Below, piece by piece: positions 9,117 through 19,305 of a DNA stretch of 64,000 bases. The position numbers and the translations under genes were made by a program. Position 1 is the stretch's first letter; the number at the start of each line of letters is the position of its first letter. The stretch is from contig CAVUMO010000001.1 in assembly GCA_963742625.1 (NCBI GenBank), positions 234,138 to 298,137 of the forward strand. Reading direction: 5' to 3'. The DNA comes from an uncultured Actinomycetes bacterium. GTDB lineage: Bacteria; Actinomycetota; Thermoleophilia; Gaiellales; Gaiellaceae. Below the pieces are notes generated by a model. The model did no database searches and had not been told where the DNA came from. It worked only from the letters and a program-made list of their open reading frames with translations.

Positions 9117-10694
9117 CTACTCCCACTCGATCGTCGCGGGGGGCTTCGACGAGAGGTCGAGCGCGACGCGGTTGACGCCGGGCACCTCGTTGACGATCCG
9201 GCTCGCAATCGTGTCGAGCAGCTCGTACGGCAGTCTCGCCCAGTCGGCAGTCATCGCGTCCTCCGATGTCACCGCACGGATCACGATGGGATACGCGTAG
9301 GTCCGCTCGTCACCCTGCACGCCGACGGAGCGGATCGCCGGGAGCACGGCGAAGCACTGCCACAGCTCCCGGTAGAGGTCGGCGCGGCGAATCTCCTCGA
9401 GGAGGATCGCGTCGGCGTGGCGGAGGAGCGCGAGCCGCTCCTCGGTCACGTCGCCGATGATCCGGATCGCGAGGCCGGGGCCGGGGAACGGGTGCCGCCA
9501 GACCATTCGCTCGGGCAGGCCGAGTTGCTCGCCGACCCGTCGCACCTCGTCCTTGAACAGCGAGCGCAACGGCTCGACGAGCTCCATGCGCATGTCCGCC
9601 GGCAGCCCGCCGACGTTGTGGTGCGACTTGATCTTCGCGGCGACACCGACGTCGCCACCCGACTCGATCACGTCGGAGTAGAGCGTCCCCTGGACGAGGA
9701 AGCGGACGTCGCCCAAGCCTGTGCGACCGGAATCCGCGCTCGCGGATTCCGGTCTTGCGGCAGATGACAGCGTCCGCGCCTCGTCCTCGAAGACCCGGAT
9801 GAACTCCTCTCCGACGATCGCGCGCTTCTCCTCGGGCTCGGTCACGCCGGCCAGGCGGCCAAGGAACCGCTCGCGCGCGTCGACGTGGACGAGCGGGACG
9901 TGGAAGTGATGGCCGAACGTCTCGACGACCTGCTCGGCCTCGTTCTCGCGCAGGAGGCCGTGGTCGACGAACACGCAGGTGAGTTGGTCGCCGACGGCCT
10001 TGTGCACGATAAGCGCCGCGACCGCGGAGTCGACGCCGCCGGAGAGCCCGCAGATGACCTTCTCCGAGCCGACCTGCGCGCGGATCCGCTCGACCTGCTC
10101 CTCGATCACCGCGGCCGGCGTCCACGACGGCGGCGCCCCGGCGACGTCGTAGAGGAAGCTCTCGAGCATGCGTTGGCCCTGCGGCGTGTGGACGACCTCG
10201 GGGTGGAACTGGACGGCATAGAGCTGGCGCTCCGGGTCCTCGAACGCCGCGATGGGCGTCGTCTCGGAGGACGCCGTGACGTGCGCGCCGGGGGGCGCCT
10301 CCGTCACCGAGTCGCGGTGGCTCATCCAGACGACCTGGTCGGGCTGGAGATCGCGGAACAGCACGCCGGACGACCGAAGCTCGACGTCTGCCTTCCCGAA
10401 CTCGGACACCTCGTTCGACTCGACCGTCCCGCCGAGCGCCCGGGCCATCAGCTGCATCCCGTAGCAGATGCCCAGCGTCGGCACGCCGAGCTCGAAGATC
10501 GCCGGATCGGCGAGCGGGGCGCCGTCGGCGTAAACCGAGGCAGGGCCGCCCGACAGGACGAGTGCGAGCGGCCGCCGAGCGCGGAGCTCCTCGGCGCCGA
10601 GCCGGTGCGAGACCAGCTCGGAGTAGACGCGTGCCTCGCGCACCCGGCGGGCGATCAGCTGGCTGTACTGGCCCCCGAAGTCCAGGACGAGCAC
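9117..10694 (-). CDS. guaA: GMP synthase (glutamine-hydrolysing)
   Basis: 525-aa ORF with a GATase domain ([13 protein letters not shown]), the ATP-PPase SGGVDS loop and the C-terminal KPPATIEWE. Confidence 0.97.
   Translation of the reverse strand: MLVLDFGGQYSQLIARRVREARVYSELVSHRLGAEELRARRPLALVLSGGPASVYADGAPLADPAIFELGVPTLGICYGMQLMARALGGTVESNEVSEFGKADVELRSSGVLFRDLQPDQVVWMSHRDSVTEAPPGAHVTASSETTPIAAFEDPERQLYAVQFHPEVVHTPQGQRMLESFLYDVAGAPPSWTPAAVIEEQVERIRAQVGSEKVICGLSGGVDSAVAALIVHKAVGDQLTCVFVDHGLLRENEAEQVVETFGHHFHVPLVHVDARERFLGRLAGVTEPEEKRAIVGEEFIRVFEDEARTLSSAARPESASADSGRTGLGDVRFLVQGTLYSDVIESGGDVGVAAKIKSHHNVGGLPADMRMELVEPLRSLFKDEVRRVGEQLGLPERMVWRHPFPGPGLAIRIIGDVTEERLALLRHADAILLEEIRRADLYRELWQCFAVLPAIRSVGVQGDERTYAYPIVIRAVTSEDAMTADWARLPYELLDTIASRIVNEVPGVNRVALDLSSKPPATIEWE
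9721..9760. repeat. palindromic element inside the guaA coding sequence, related to the intergenic repeat family
   Basis: A 14-bp perfect stem (9725-9738 pairs with 9741-9754; core CCGGAATCCGCG CT CGCGGATTCCGG), preceded by TGCGACC as in the intergenic copies. It encodes [11 protein letters not shown] in the guaA frame. Confidence 0.6.
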
Positions 10695-10740
10695 CGGGCG
10701 CTCCTGCGCGGAGGGCTCGGGGGTCGGGAAGGGGACGACT

Positions 10741-12255
<1,515 letters not shown>

Positions 12256-13203
12256 TCAGGCGTGAGCGAGCTCGTTCACCTCGACCGCAGGCAGGAGTCG
12301 CTTTGCCTCCGCGGGATCGAAGCGTCCTGCACCGACCTCGAGGACGGACGCGGCCCCGGCTGCCGCGGCGAGGCGGAGCGCGTCCTCCGCGGACGCGTCG
12401 TCGAGCACCGCGGTCAGCCACTGGGCGAGGAACGCGTCGCCGGCGCCGACGACCGAGACGGGCTCGAGGCGCGGCGTGACCGCCCGGTAGCGGCGCACCT
12501 GGCGCTCCTCGCGTACGAGCGCGAAGCACCCGTTCTCGAGGGTGATGTGGACGTTGCGTGCGCCCATCTCGGCGATCGTGTCGAGCGCCATCAGGAAGTC
12601 CTCCTCGTCGAACAGCTCCTGTCCGACGAGCTGCTCGGCCTCGTGCTGGTTCGGCGAGACGAGCCAGGGCTCGGCCTCGAGCCCGAGCCGCAGCGGCTCG
12701 CCCTCGGTGTCGAGCGCGACACGCACGCCGCGGCGCGCGAGCTCGCGTACCGCGTCGGCATAGAAGCCGTCGTCGACGCCGCGGGGGAGCGAGCCGGCGA
12801 ACACGACGGCCTCCGCGCTCCGCGAGAGGTAGCGCACCTTGTCGAGGAGCATCTCGAGCTCGGTCTCGGACACCTTCGGCCCCCACTCGTTGATCTCCGT
12901 CTGGGTGCCGGAGGTCGGGTCGACGACGAGGGTCGACGTGCGGGACTCCTGCCGGATGCGGACGAAGTCGTTGAGGATCGACTCCTCGGTCAGCTGCTCG
13001 ACGATGCGCGTGCCCGTCCGGCCTCCCGCGAGACCGGTCGCGACCACCGGGTGGTCGAGGCGCTTGAGCGCCCGCGCGACGTTGATCCCCTTGCCGCCCG
13101 CGAGCGTGAGGACGTCGCTCGCGCGGTGGCGCTGGCCGAGCTTCAGGATCGGGACCGTGACCGAGCGGTCGAGCGCGGCGTTGAGGGTGACGGTGATGAT
13201 CAT
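12256..13203 (-). CDS. PfkB-family sugar kinase (1-phosphofructokinase/tagatose-6-P kinase-like)
   Basis: MIITVTLNAALDRS start, GGKGINVARAL, and C-terminal VGAGDAF typical of the FruK/LacC-type ribokinase superfamily. Confidence 0.8.
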   Translation of the reverse strand: MIITVTLNAALDRSVTVPILKLGQRHRASDVLTLAGGKGINVARALKRLDHPVVATGLAGGRTGTRIVEQLTEESILNDFVRIRQESRTSTLVVDPTSGTQTEINEWGPKVSETELEMLLDKVRYLSRSAEAVVFAGSLPRGVDDGFYADAVRELARRGVRVALDTEGEPLRLGLEAEPWLVSPNQHEAEQLVGQELFDEEDFLMALDTIAEMGARNVHITLENGCFALVREERQVRRYRAVTPRLEPVSVVGAGDAFLAQWLTAVLDDASAEDALRLAAAAGAASVLEVGAGRFDPAEAKRLLPAVEVNELAHA

Positions 13204-13219
13204 CGACGGCGTCCCGGAG

Positions 13220-14341
13220 TCATGAGACCAGCCCTACCAGATGGTGCACGGTCCGACCGGCCAGCCAGTCGGCCTTCGCGAGCGCGTCAGGCTCGTCACG
13301 CGCGGTCGAGGCGACGAGCGGCGAGCGCGCGACGACCCGGCGGCCGTCCATCACGACCAGCGTCCCGAGGCGCTGACCCGCGCGGACGGGAAGCGCTGCC
13401 ACGGCCGGGCCGACGACCCGCTCGACGAGCGGTCTGTCGAGTGGCGCCGGGCGAACGATCGCGCGGGGGGCGACGAGCCGCACCGGATCGAGGCCCCAGC
13501 CCACCGGCACGGAGGTGTACGTGCGGCGGGGGTCGACGACCTTCGACTGCCGGTAGCTCGCCAGGCCGAAGCGGAGCAGGGCCGCGAGGTCGTGGTCGCG
13601 CTGCGCCTCGTCCGGCTCGCCGAGGACGGCCGCGGTGATCCCGACGCCGCGGACCCTCGCGTACGCGACCTGCGACCAGCCCGCGTTGGATGTATGCCCA
13701 GTCTTGCCCGCGACGATCCCCGGCACGGCGGCGATCAGGTTGTCGGTCGACACGACGACCCGCCCGTCCGAGAGAGTGGCGCGCGCCGACCCGGCGTACC
13801 GGCGGATCACGGGGTTGCGGAGCGCGTCGCGCAGGAGCATCGCCACGTCCCGGGCTGTGGACACGTGCCCGGCCTCGTCGAGGCCGTGTGGGTTCCGGTA
13901 GCGCGTTCCGGAGAGGCCGAGCTCGCGCGCCTTTCGATTCATCAGCGCGACGAAGCGCGGCACGGAGCCGCCGGCGGCGACCGCGAGGGCGGTCGCGGCG
14001 TCGTTCGCGCTCGGCACGAGCGCGCCGATCACGAGGTCGCGGACCGGCACCCGCTGCCCGGCGCGGAGGTCGAGCGACGACTCGCCGACCCGCGCTGCCG
14101 CCGCGGGCACGGTGACGACGCGGTCGAGCGGCAGGCGGGGGAGGGCGACGAGCACCGTCATGAGCTTCGTGATACTGGCCATCGGCCGGGGCGTGTCCGC
14201 GCTGCGCGCGGCGAGCGTGCGACCGTCGACCGAGCTCTGGACGACGTAAGCCGGCGCCTGGATCGGGGGTGCGGACGCCCACACCGGCCCGCAGAGTGCG
14301 AGCGCGGCGATCGCGACGGCGGCGAGACCCCAGCCCTTCAC
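13220..14341 (-). CDS. D-alanyl-D-alanine carboxypeptidase (S11 penicillin-binding protein)
   Basis: Signal peptide, SxxK (ASITKLMT), SxN (PSANDAA) and KTG (GKTGHT) motifs. Confidence 0.9.
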   Translation of the reverse strand: MKGWGLAAVAIAALALCGPVWASAPPIQAPAYVVQSSVDGRTLAARSADTPRPMASITKLMTVLVALPRLPLDRVVTVPAAAARVGESSLDLRAGQRVPVRDLVIGALVPSANDAATALAVAAGGSVPRFVALMNRKARELGLSGTRYRNPHGLDEAGHVSTARDVAMLLRDALRNPVIRRYAGSARATLSDGRVVVSTDNLIAAVPGIVAGKTGHTSNAGWSQVAYARVRGVGITAAVLGEPDEAQRDHDLAALLRFGLASYRQSKVVDPRRTYTSVPVGWGLDPVRLVAPRAIVRPAPLDRPLVERVVGPAVAALPVRAGQRLGTLVVMDGRRVVARSPLVASTARDEPDALAKADWLAGRTVHHLVGLVS

Positions 14342-14366
14342 GCGACCCGCAGCCTACCGCTCGCCG

Positions 14367-15287
14367 TCACCAGCCGGCCGCCGCCCAGACGGCCGCCTGC
14401 AGGCGCGCGGCCTCGGCGGCTGCTGCACCGCGCCAGTCTCCGGCGGGCGCGCTGCGGTACGCGTAGATGACGGAGCGCGACGCGTTGACGAGGGCACTGG
14501 ACGGCCCGCTCGTGAAGGCGCGCGCGACATCCGCCGGCGTGGCGCCCTGCGCGCCGACACCGGGCAGGAGGATGATCGCGCGCGGCATCTCGCGCCGCGC
14601 CTCGCCGACGATACGCGGCACCGTCGCGCCGACGACGGCACCGACGCTCGAGAGCCCGCAGGCGCCGACGAGGTCCTCGCCCCACTGGTCGACGAGCTCG
14701 GCGACCTGGCGCCAGAGCGGGCGCCCGTCGGAGAGCGACGCGTCCTGGAGCTCCGCTGCACCCGGGTTCGACGTGCGGACGAGGAGGAAGAGCCCCGCGC
14801 CCTCTCGCCGGCACGCCGCGAAGAACGGGTCGAGCGAGTCCCGTCCGAGGAACGGGCTGACCGTCAGCGCGTCCGCGAGGGGCGGCTCGGCGTCGCGCGG
14901 CTCGAGGAACGCGGTTGCGTACGCGCGCGCGGTCGAGCCGACATCCCCGCGCTTCGCGTCGCCGATCACGAGGAGCCCCGCCTCGCGCGCGTAGCCCGAG
15001 ACCTGTTCGAGCGCGCGCCAGCCGTCGCTCCCGAGCGCCTCGAAGAACGCCACCTGCGGCTTCACCGCCACCACGTACGGCGCGACGGCATCGATGATCC
15101 CCGCGCAGAAGCGCTGGACCGCGCCCGCCGCCGCTGCGCGCCCGGCCGCGGCCTCGCCGCGCAGCTCGACGGGCAACATCTCGAGCACCGGGTCGAGCCC
15201 GACGACGAGCTGCGATCGCTTGCGCTCGACGGCGTCGGCGAGACGGTCGGCGAACGGGACCGGAGGCACGCCTGCGACGTCCGTCAC
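14367..15287 (-). CDS. pyrF: orotidine 5'-phosphate decarboxylase (type 2)
   Basis: The C-terminal 306 aa of ORF 14367..16367 are protein-like (SQLVVGLDP, VKPQVAFFE, IGDAKRGDVGST). The GTG at 15287 overlaps the upstream stop (GTGA). Confidence 0.88.
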   Translation of the reverse strand: MTDVAGVPPVPFADRLADAVERKRSQLVVGLDPVLEMLPVELRGEAAAGRAAAAGAVQRFCAGIIDAVAPYVVAVKPQVAFFEALGSDGWRALEQVSGYAREAGLLVIGDAKRGDVGSTARAYATAFLEPRDAEPPLADALTVSPFLGRDSLDPFFAACRREGAGLFLLVRTSNPGAAELQDASLSDGRPLWRQVAELVDQWGEDLVGACGLSSVGAVVGATVPRIVGEARREMPRAIILLPGVGAQGATPADVARAFTSGPSSALVNASRSVIYAYRSAPAGDWRGAAAAEAARLQAAVWAAAGW

Positions 15288-16945
15288 GCGGCCAAGGGTA
15301 GCCCCGCGACGACCGCGCAAATCGCACCAAGCTCCAGCGGCACGACGCGGAGCTCGGGCGGTGGGCGGCGGAGAAACGAGGCGACGAGCCGCAGCTCGTC
15401 CGCGTCCTCCGCCGCGCGGGACGGCAGGGCGGCCGACGCGTCTGCGACGAGCGCGGCGGCCTCGGGCGTCGGATCGGCGGTCCGAGGAACGAGTCGGGAG
15501 CACGCGACGCGGCCGCCGCAGAGGGCGAAGGCCCGGACGAAGCCCGGCTCGCGCGCGGGGACGACGACGCACACGCGGAGCGCGCGCAGGCCGTCGAGCT
15601 CCTCGAGCGCCGAGACGACGTCCTCCAGTCCGTTGACCCTGTCGCGCAGCCTGGCCGCGTCCTCGAATCGCTGGTCGGCGGCGAGGCGGCGGATCCGCTC
15701 GCGCAGAGCGGGGAGCGCCGCCACGGGATCGTCCGCCGTGTGGCCGTCGAGCGCCCGTGAGGCCCTCCGGACGAGCGCACGGCCGGGCAGCGGGCCGAGC
15801 GCCGTCGGCTCCTCCGTCGCGCTCCACCGTTCGCCGCGCCTGCGCAGGTACACGTGGCGGTCGGGCCTCGTCGAGCGGGCGTTGCCAGGCGGCCGGAGCA
15901 CGCGGAGGAGCCGCAGCTCTTCGAGCGCTGCCTCCAGCTCCGACCCCGTCTCGTGCCACTCCACACGCTCGAGCGCGCCGAGCGCCGCCTCGACGGCCGG
16001 CCGCTGCCGAGCGCTCGTGAAGTACGAGCGCAGGCGCGACCGCAGGTCGCGGGCGCGGCCCACGTACAACGGCAGGCCGCCGGCGCCGTGGAACACGTAC
16101 ACGCCGGGGCGCGGGGGCGCCCCGGCGACGAGCGCCCGCTTGACGTTCAGCCGCCTCGCCCGCGGCGCGGCCAGCTCGACGAGGTCGGCCAGCGTGCGTG
16201 CGCCGCGCTCCTGTGCGAGGCCGAGCAGCACGAGCAGGATCTCCGCCGTCGCCCGGGCGTCGGGGAGCGCACGGTGGCACGGCGCGGTCGGGACGCCGAA
16301 GAAGTGCGCGAGCGCCGCCAGACCCACGCGGCGCGTCCTCCCCTCGAGCAGGCGCCTCGCGAGCCACACGGTGTCGACGACGGGCGCCGCGATGCGCCGA
16401 CCGGTGAGCCGCTCGACCTCTCGGTCGAGGAACGCGAGATCGAAGCGGGCGTTGTGCGCGACGAGCGCGGCGTCGCCGGCGAAGCCGACGAAGCGGCGCA
16501 CCGCCGTCGTCACCGCGGGCGCCCCCGGCAGATCCCGCGGGCGGATCCCGGTGAGGTGCGTGACCGCCGCGGGGAGTGGCACGCCGGGGTTCACGAGGGT
16601 CTCGTAGGCGTCGTCGAGCTCGAGGCGGCGGATGCGCTGCGCACCGATCTCGCAGATGCGCGATGTTCGCGGCGAGAGCCCCGTCGTCTCGAGGTCGACG
16701 ACGACAAAATGCGCGTCCTCCAGGAGGACGTCACCGCCGGGCGGATTCGCGAGCCCGACGGACGCACCGCGCCACGCGAGCCGGGCGTCACCCTCGACGA
16801 CGTCGTCGAGGAGCGACCGGGCGAGCGACGTCGGCGCGTGCGCGAGCGCGAACAGCGTCCGCGCGGCCTCGTCGACGGGGACGGGGCCTCGCCGCGCCTC
16901 GACGAGCTCCACCAGGCGATCGGCGGCGTCGAAGCTGAGCTGCAT
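15284..16945 (-). CDS. DEDDh 3'-5' exonuclease (DnaQ/epsilon-like) fused to a GIY-YIG (UvrC/Cho-like) nuclease and a UVR motif
   Basis: Exo motifs VVVDLETTGL, HNARFDLAFL and HRALPDARATAEIL. GIY-YIG PGVYVFHGAGGLPLYVGRARDLRSRLRSYF. UVR-like QRFEDAARLRDRVNGLE. An SOS box lies immediately upstream. Confidence 0.85.
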   Translation of the reverse strand: MQLSFDAADRLVELVEARRGPVPVDEAARTLFALAHAPTSLARSLLDDVVEGDARLAWRGASVGLANPPGGDVLLEDAHFVVVDLETTGLSPRTSRICEIGAQRIRRLELDDAYETLVNPGVPLPAAVTHLTGIRPRDLPGAPAVTTAVRRFVGFAGDAALVAHNARFDLAFLDREVERLTGRRIAAPVVDTVWLARRLLEGRTRRVGLAALAHFFGVPTAPCHRALPDARATAEILLVLLGLAQERGARTLADLVELAAPRARRLNVKRALVAGAPPRPGVYVFHGAGGLPLYVGRARDLRSRLRSYFTSARQRPAVEAALGALERVEWHETGSELEAALEELRLLRVLRPPGNARSTRPDRHVYLRRRGERWSATEEPTALGPLPGRALVRRASRALDGHTADDPVAALPALRERIRRLAADQRFEDAARLRDRVNGLEDVVSALEELDGLRALRVCVVVPAREPGFVRAFALCGGRVACSRLVPRTADPTPEAAALVADASAALPSRAAEDADELRLVASFLRRPPPELRVVPLELGAICAVVAGLPLAA

Positions 16946-16946
16946 G

Positions 16947-16990
16947 AGGTGTGATGGTAACCGAACATATGTTCGATTACCATCACACCT
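16947..16990. promoter_or_regulatory. LexA/SOS (Cheo-type) box CGAACATATGTTCG embedded in a 44-bp near-perfect palindrome
   Basis: AGGTGTGATGGTAACCGAACAT|ATGTTCGATTACCATCACACCT has one mismatch in 22 arm positions. It begins 2 nt upstream of the ATG at 16945 of the exonuclease/GIY-YIG gene. Confidence 0.8.
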
Positions 16991-17001
16991 AGAACACCCT
17001 A

Positions 17002-17032
17002 GGTGGCTTCGGCGAACAGGGCCGAAGCCACC
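17002..17032 (-). terminator. putative intrinsic terminator hairpin downstream of hup
   Basis: 12-bp perfect stem GGTGGCTTCGGC / GCCGAAGCCACC with a 7-nt loop, 4 nt after the hup stop. There is no obvious U tract. Confidence 0.55.
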
Positions 17033-17035
17033 CGG

Positions 17036-17308
17036 CTAGTTGACCGCCTTCTTCAGCTGCGAACCCGCCGAGAACTTCGGGACGTTGGCGGCCGCGATCT
17101 GGACTCTCTCGCCCGTCCGCGGATTCACGCCCTGGCGCGCCGCACGCCGTGTGACGTGGAACTTGCCGAACCCGGTGAAGGCGACCTGGTCGCCGTTCTG
17201 AAGCGTGCCTTGGATGACGTCGAGGGCCGCATCGACCGCGGCGCCCGCGTCGCGCTTCGACAGACCTGCCTTGTCGGCGACGGCATCCACGAATTCCTGT
17301 TTGGTCAC
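17036..17308 (-). CDS. hup: DNA-binding protein HU
   Basis: VTKQEFVDAVADKAGLSKRDAGAAVDA...FGKFHVTRRAARQGVNPRTGE...VPKFSAG. GTG at 17308 is preceded by AGGAGGA. The longer ORF-track start at 17380 is unlikely. Confidence 0.92.
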   Translation of the reverse strand: MTKQEFVDAVADKAGLSKRDAGAAVDAALDVIQGTLQNGDQVAFTGFGKFHVTRRAARQGVNPRTGERVQIAAANVPKFSAGSQLKKAVN

Positions 17309-17376
17309 GTGCGTTCCTCCTGGTCGATTGGTCGCTGCTGGATGTCCGCCGAGCCTATCGCTCGAACGGATTCGGC

Positions 17377-17937
17377 TCAACCATGCGGGTTCACAACTTG
17401 CTCCCGCATTGCGAGCAACTCACCGGCACGGTAGAGCGAACCGAGCCGCACGCCGAGGCGTGCGAGCGCGTCGGCGCCACCCTCCTCGCGGTCGACGACG
17501 CACACTGCATGCCGGACGACGAGCCCGGCCTCGCGAACGGCCTCCACCGCCTCGCAGAGGGCGCCGCCAGACGTGACGACGTCCTCGAGCAGGCACACGA
17601 CCTCACCAGGCACGAAGGGCCCTTCGAGGCGGTTCGCGGTGCCGTATCCCTTGGTTTCACCGCGGATGATGATGAAGGGCAGCCCGGACGCCATCGATGC
17701 CGAGGCGGCCAACGCGACGGCCCCGAGCGCCGGCCCCGCGAGGCGCGCCGCCTCGGGCTCCGCGTCTCGCGCGGCCGCTGCCAGCCGCTCGCCGAGCGCG
17801 CGCAGCAGCGCCGGCTCGGTCTCGAAGCGGTACTTGTCGAGGTACCAGTGCGACCGCTTGCCGGAGCGGAGCGTGAAGTCCCCCTCGAGGAGGGCGACGT
17901 CGAGAAGCCTCTGCCCCAGCTCGTCGACGGCGCTCAC
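17377..17937 (-). CDS. pyrE: orotate phosphoribosyltransferase
   Basis: FTLRSGKRSHWYLDKY and the PRPP loop VVCLLEDVVTSGGA. GTG at 17937 overlaps the upstream stop (GTGA). Confidence 0.9.
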   Translation of the reverse strand: MSAVDELGQRLLDVALLEGDFTLRSGKRSHWYLDKYRFETEPALLRALGERLAAAARDAEPEAARLAGPALGAVALAASASMASGLPFIIIRGETKGYGTANRLEGPFVPGEVVCLLEDVVTSGGALCEAVEAVREAGLVVRHAVCVVDREEGGADALARLGVRLGSLYRAGELLAMREQVVNPHG

Positions 17938-18110
17938 GTGAGGGTGCGCTCCGCGGTCCCGACGATCCGGCCGTGCTCCGGCGTCGCCTCGGCCAGCGCG
18001 ACCTCGGCGCCGTCCTGCCACGCGACGACCACTCTCGGCGACTCCGCTCGACGTCGGCGGAGGAGGACGAGCAGCGCGAGCGCTGCCAGCGCGAGGAGAC
18101 CGAGCCTCAT
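17934..18110 (-). CDS. small single-pass membrane protein (58 aa), hypothetical
   Basis: MRLGLLALAALALLVLLRRRR... It is ATGA-coupled to the roadblock gene upstream and GTGA-coupled to pyrE downstream. There is no family assignment. Confidence 0.45.
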   Translation of the reverse strand: MRLGLLALAALALLVLLRRRRAESPRVVVAWQDGAEVALAEATPEHGRIVGTAERTLT

Positions 18111-18451
18111 CTCGCTCCGTCCGCGATCCGACCGAGAGTCGCACGCAGGTCGTAGGCGACGAGCGCCGCGGTGGGCCGGGCGACCGTCGTCGCCACGACC
18201 GTCCGAGCGCCGTCCGTCAGCGCGACGAGCGAGCCGCCGTCGAGATCGACCTGGACCCGCTCGACCGCCTCGCCCGCCGGGATCCCGCCGACCACGGAGA
18301 GAAGCTCGGCGCCCGCCCAGGCCAGCGTCTCCGCCCGGGCGTCCGAGGAGGCCCTGGCGGCCTCGACGTCCCCGCCGGGGCCGGTGACGACCGCCTCGAC
18401 GACCTGGGTCGAGACGCCGGACAGCTCCGAGAGAGCGGTCGATGCGTCCAT
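18107..18451 (-). CDS. roadblock/LC7 (MglB-like) domain protein
   Basis: 114 aa with an alpha-beta-alpha style pattern ending ...VATTVARPTAALVAYDLRATL, typical of Robl/LC7. It is the protein-like C-terminal part of ORF 18107..19681. Confidence 0.6.
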   Translation of the reverse strand: MDASTALSELSGVSTQVVEAVVTGPGGDVEAARASSDARAETLAWAGAELLSVVGGIPAGEAVERVQVDLDGGSLVALTDGARTVVATTVARPTAALVAYDLRATLGRIADGAR

Positions 18452-18481
18452 ACCGGCGGACGAAGCTAGCAAACTGCGCCG

Positions 18482-19303
18482 GTGCAAGCGATCCGGGGCA
18501 CCTTCGACCGCTTCTTCGGCGAGCGGGGCACGCACCTCGCGGCGATGGTCGCGTTCTTCGCGCTCGCCTCTTTCGTCCCACTGATCTTCCTCGCGCTCTC
18601 GGTGCTCGGCTTCCTCGACCAGGCCGACTCCTCGAGCGCCCTCGTCAAGTACCTCGAGGACATCTTCCCCGGTCATTCGGTCGAGTCGATCGTCGGCGTG
18701 GTCGAGGCGGTACAGCGGAATGCGACGACGCTCTCGATCGTCGGAGCGGTCGCGCTGCTCTGGAGCTCCATCTCGTTGTTCTCGGCGCTCGAGTCCGCGT
18801 TCAACATCATCTACGGACGGCCGAACCGGTCGTTCCTGCGGGGCAAGCTGCTCGCGGTCGGGTACATGATCGCCGCACTCCTGGTGCTGTTCGCGGCCCT
18901 GTCGGTCGGCACGTTCGGCTACGACCTGCTGCGCCGCTACGCGACCGATGTCGTGGGGAACCAGTGGGTCGCGCTCGGGCTCACGGTCCTGACCTCCGCG
19001 TTCGCGCTCTTCCTGTTCCTCCTGTCGGCGTACCACCGGCTCCCGAACGCCCTCCTCTCGTGGCGTGAGGTGCTCCCGGGCGCGATCCTCGGCGCGATCG
19101 TCCTCGCGGCCACGCTGCAGGCGCTGCCGTTGTTCGTGCTCTTCACGTCCGAGGTCGTCGCGCTCCAGGCGCTCGGGACGACCTTCCTCTTGCTCGTCTG
19201 GCTGTACGTGATGGCGAACGTCATCGTGTTCGGCGCGGCGCTCAACTACGTCATCGCGTACGACGGCACCGGCCGCAGCGTCGTGCCGAAACGGCCCGAC
19301 TGA
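18482..19303 (+). CDS. YihY/BrkB family inner-membrane protein
   Basis: 273-aa polytopic ORF with the YihY-type N-terminus (FDRFFGERGTHLAAMVAFFALASFVPL) and LWSSISLFSALESAFNIIY. Confidence 0.85.
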   Translation: MQAIRGTFDRFFGERGTHLAAMVAFFALASFVPLIFLALSVLGFLDQADSSSALVKYLEDIFPGHSVESIVGVVEAVQRNATTLSIVGAVALLWSSISLFSALESAFNIIYGRPNRSFLRGKLLAVGYMIAALLVLFAALSVGTFGYDLLRRYATDVVGNQWVALGLTVLTSAFALFLFLLSAYHRLPNALLSWREVLPGAILGAIVLAATLQALPLFVLFTSEVVALQALGTTFLLLVWLYVMANVIVFGAALNYVIAYDGTGRSVVPKRPD

Positions 19304-19305
19304 CG

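Noticed and set aside
14367-16367. 666-aa ORF as a single gene
   Set aside because: Only the last 306 codons (pyrF) are protein-like. The upstream part is the shadow of the exonuclease/GIY-YIG gene, which is in another frame on the same strand.
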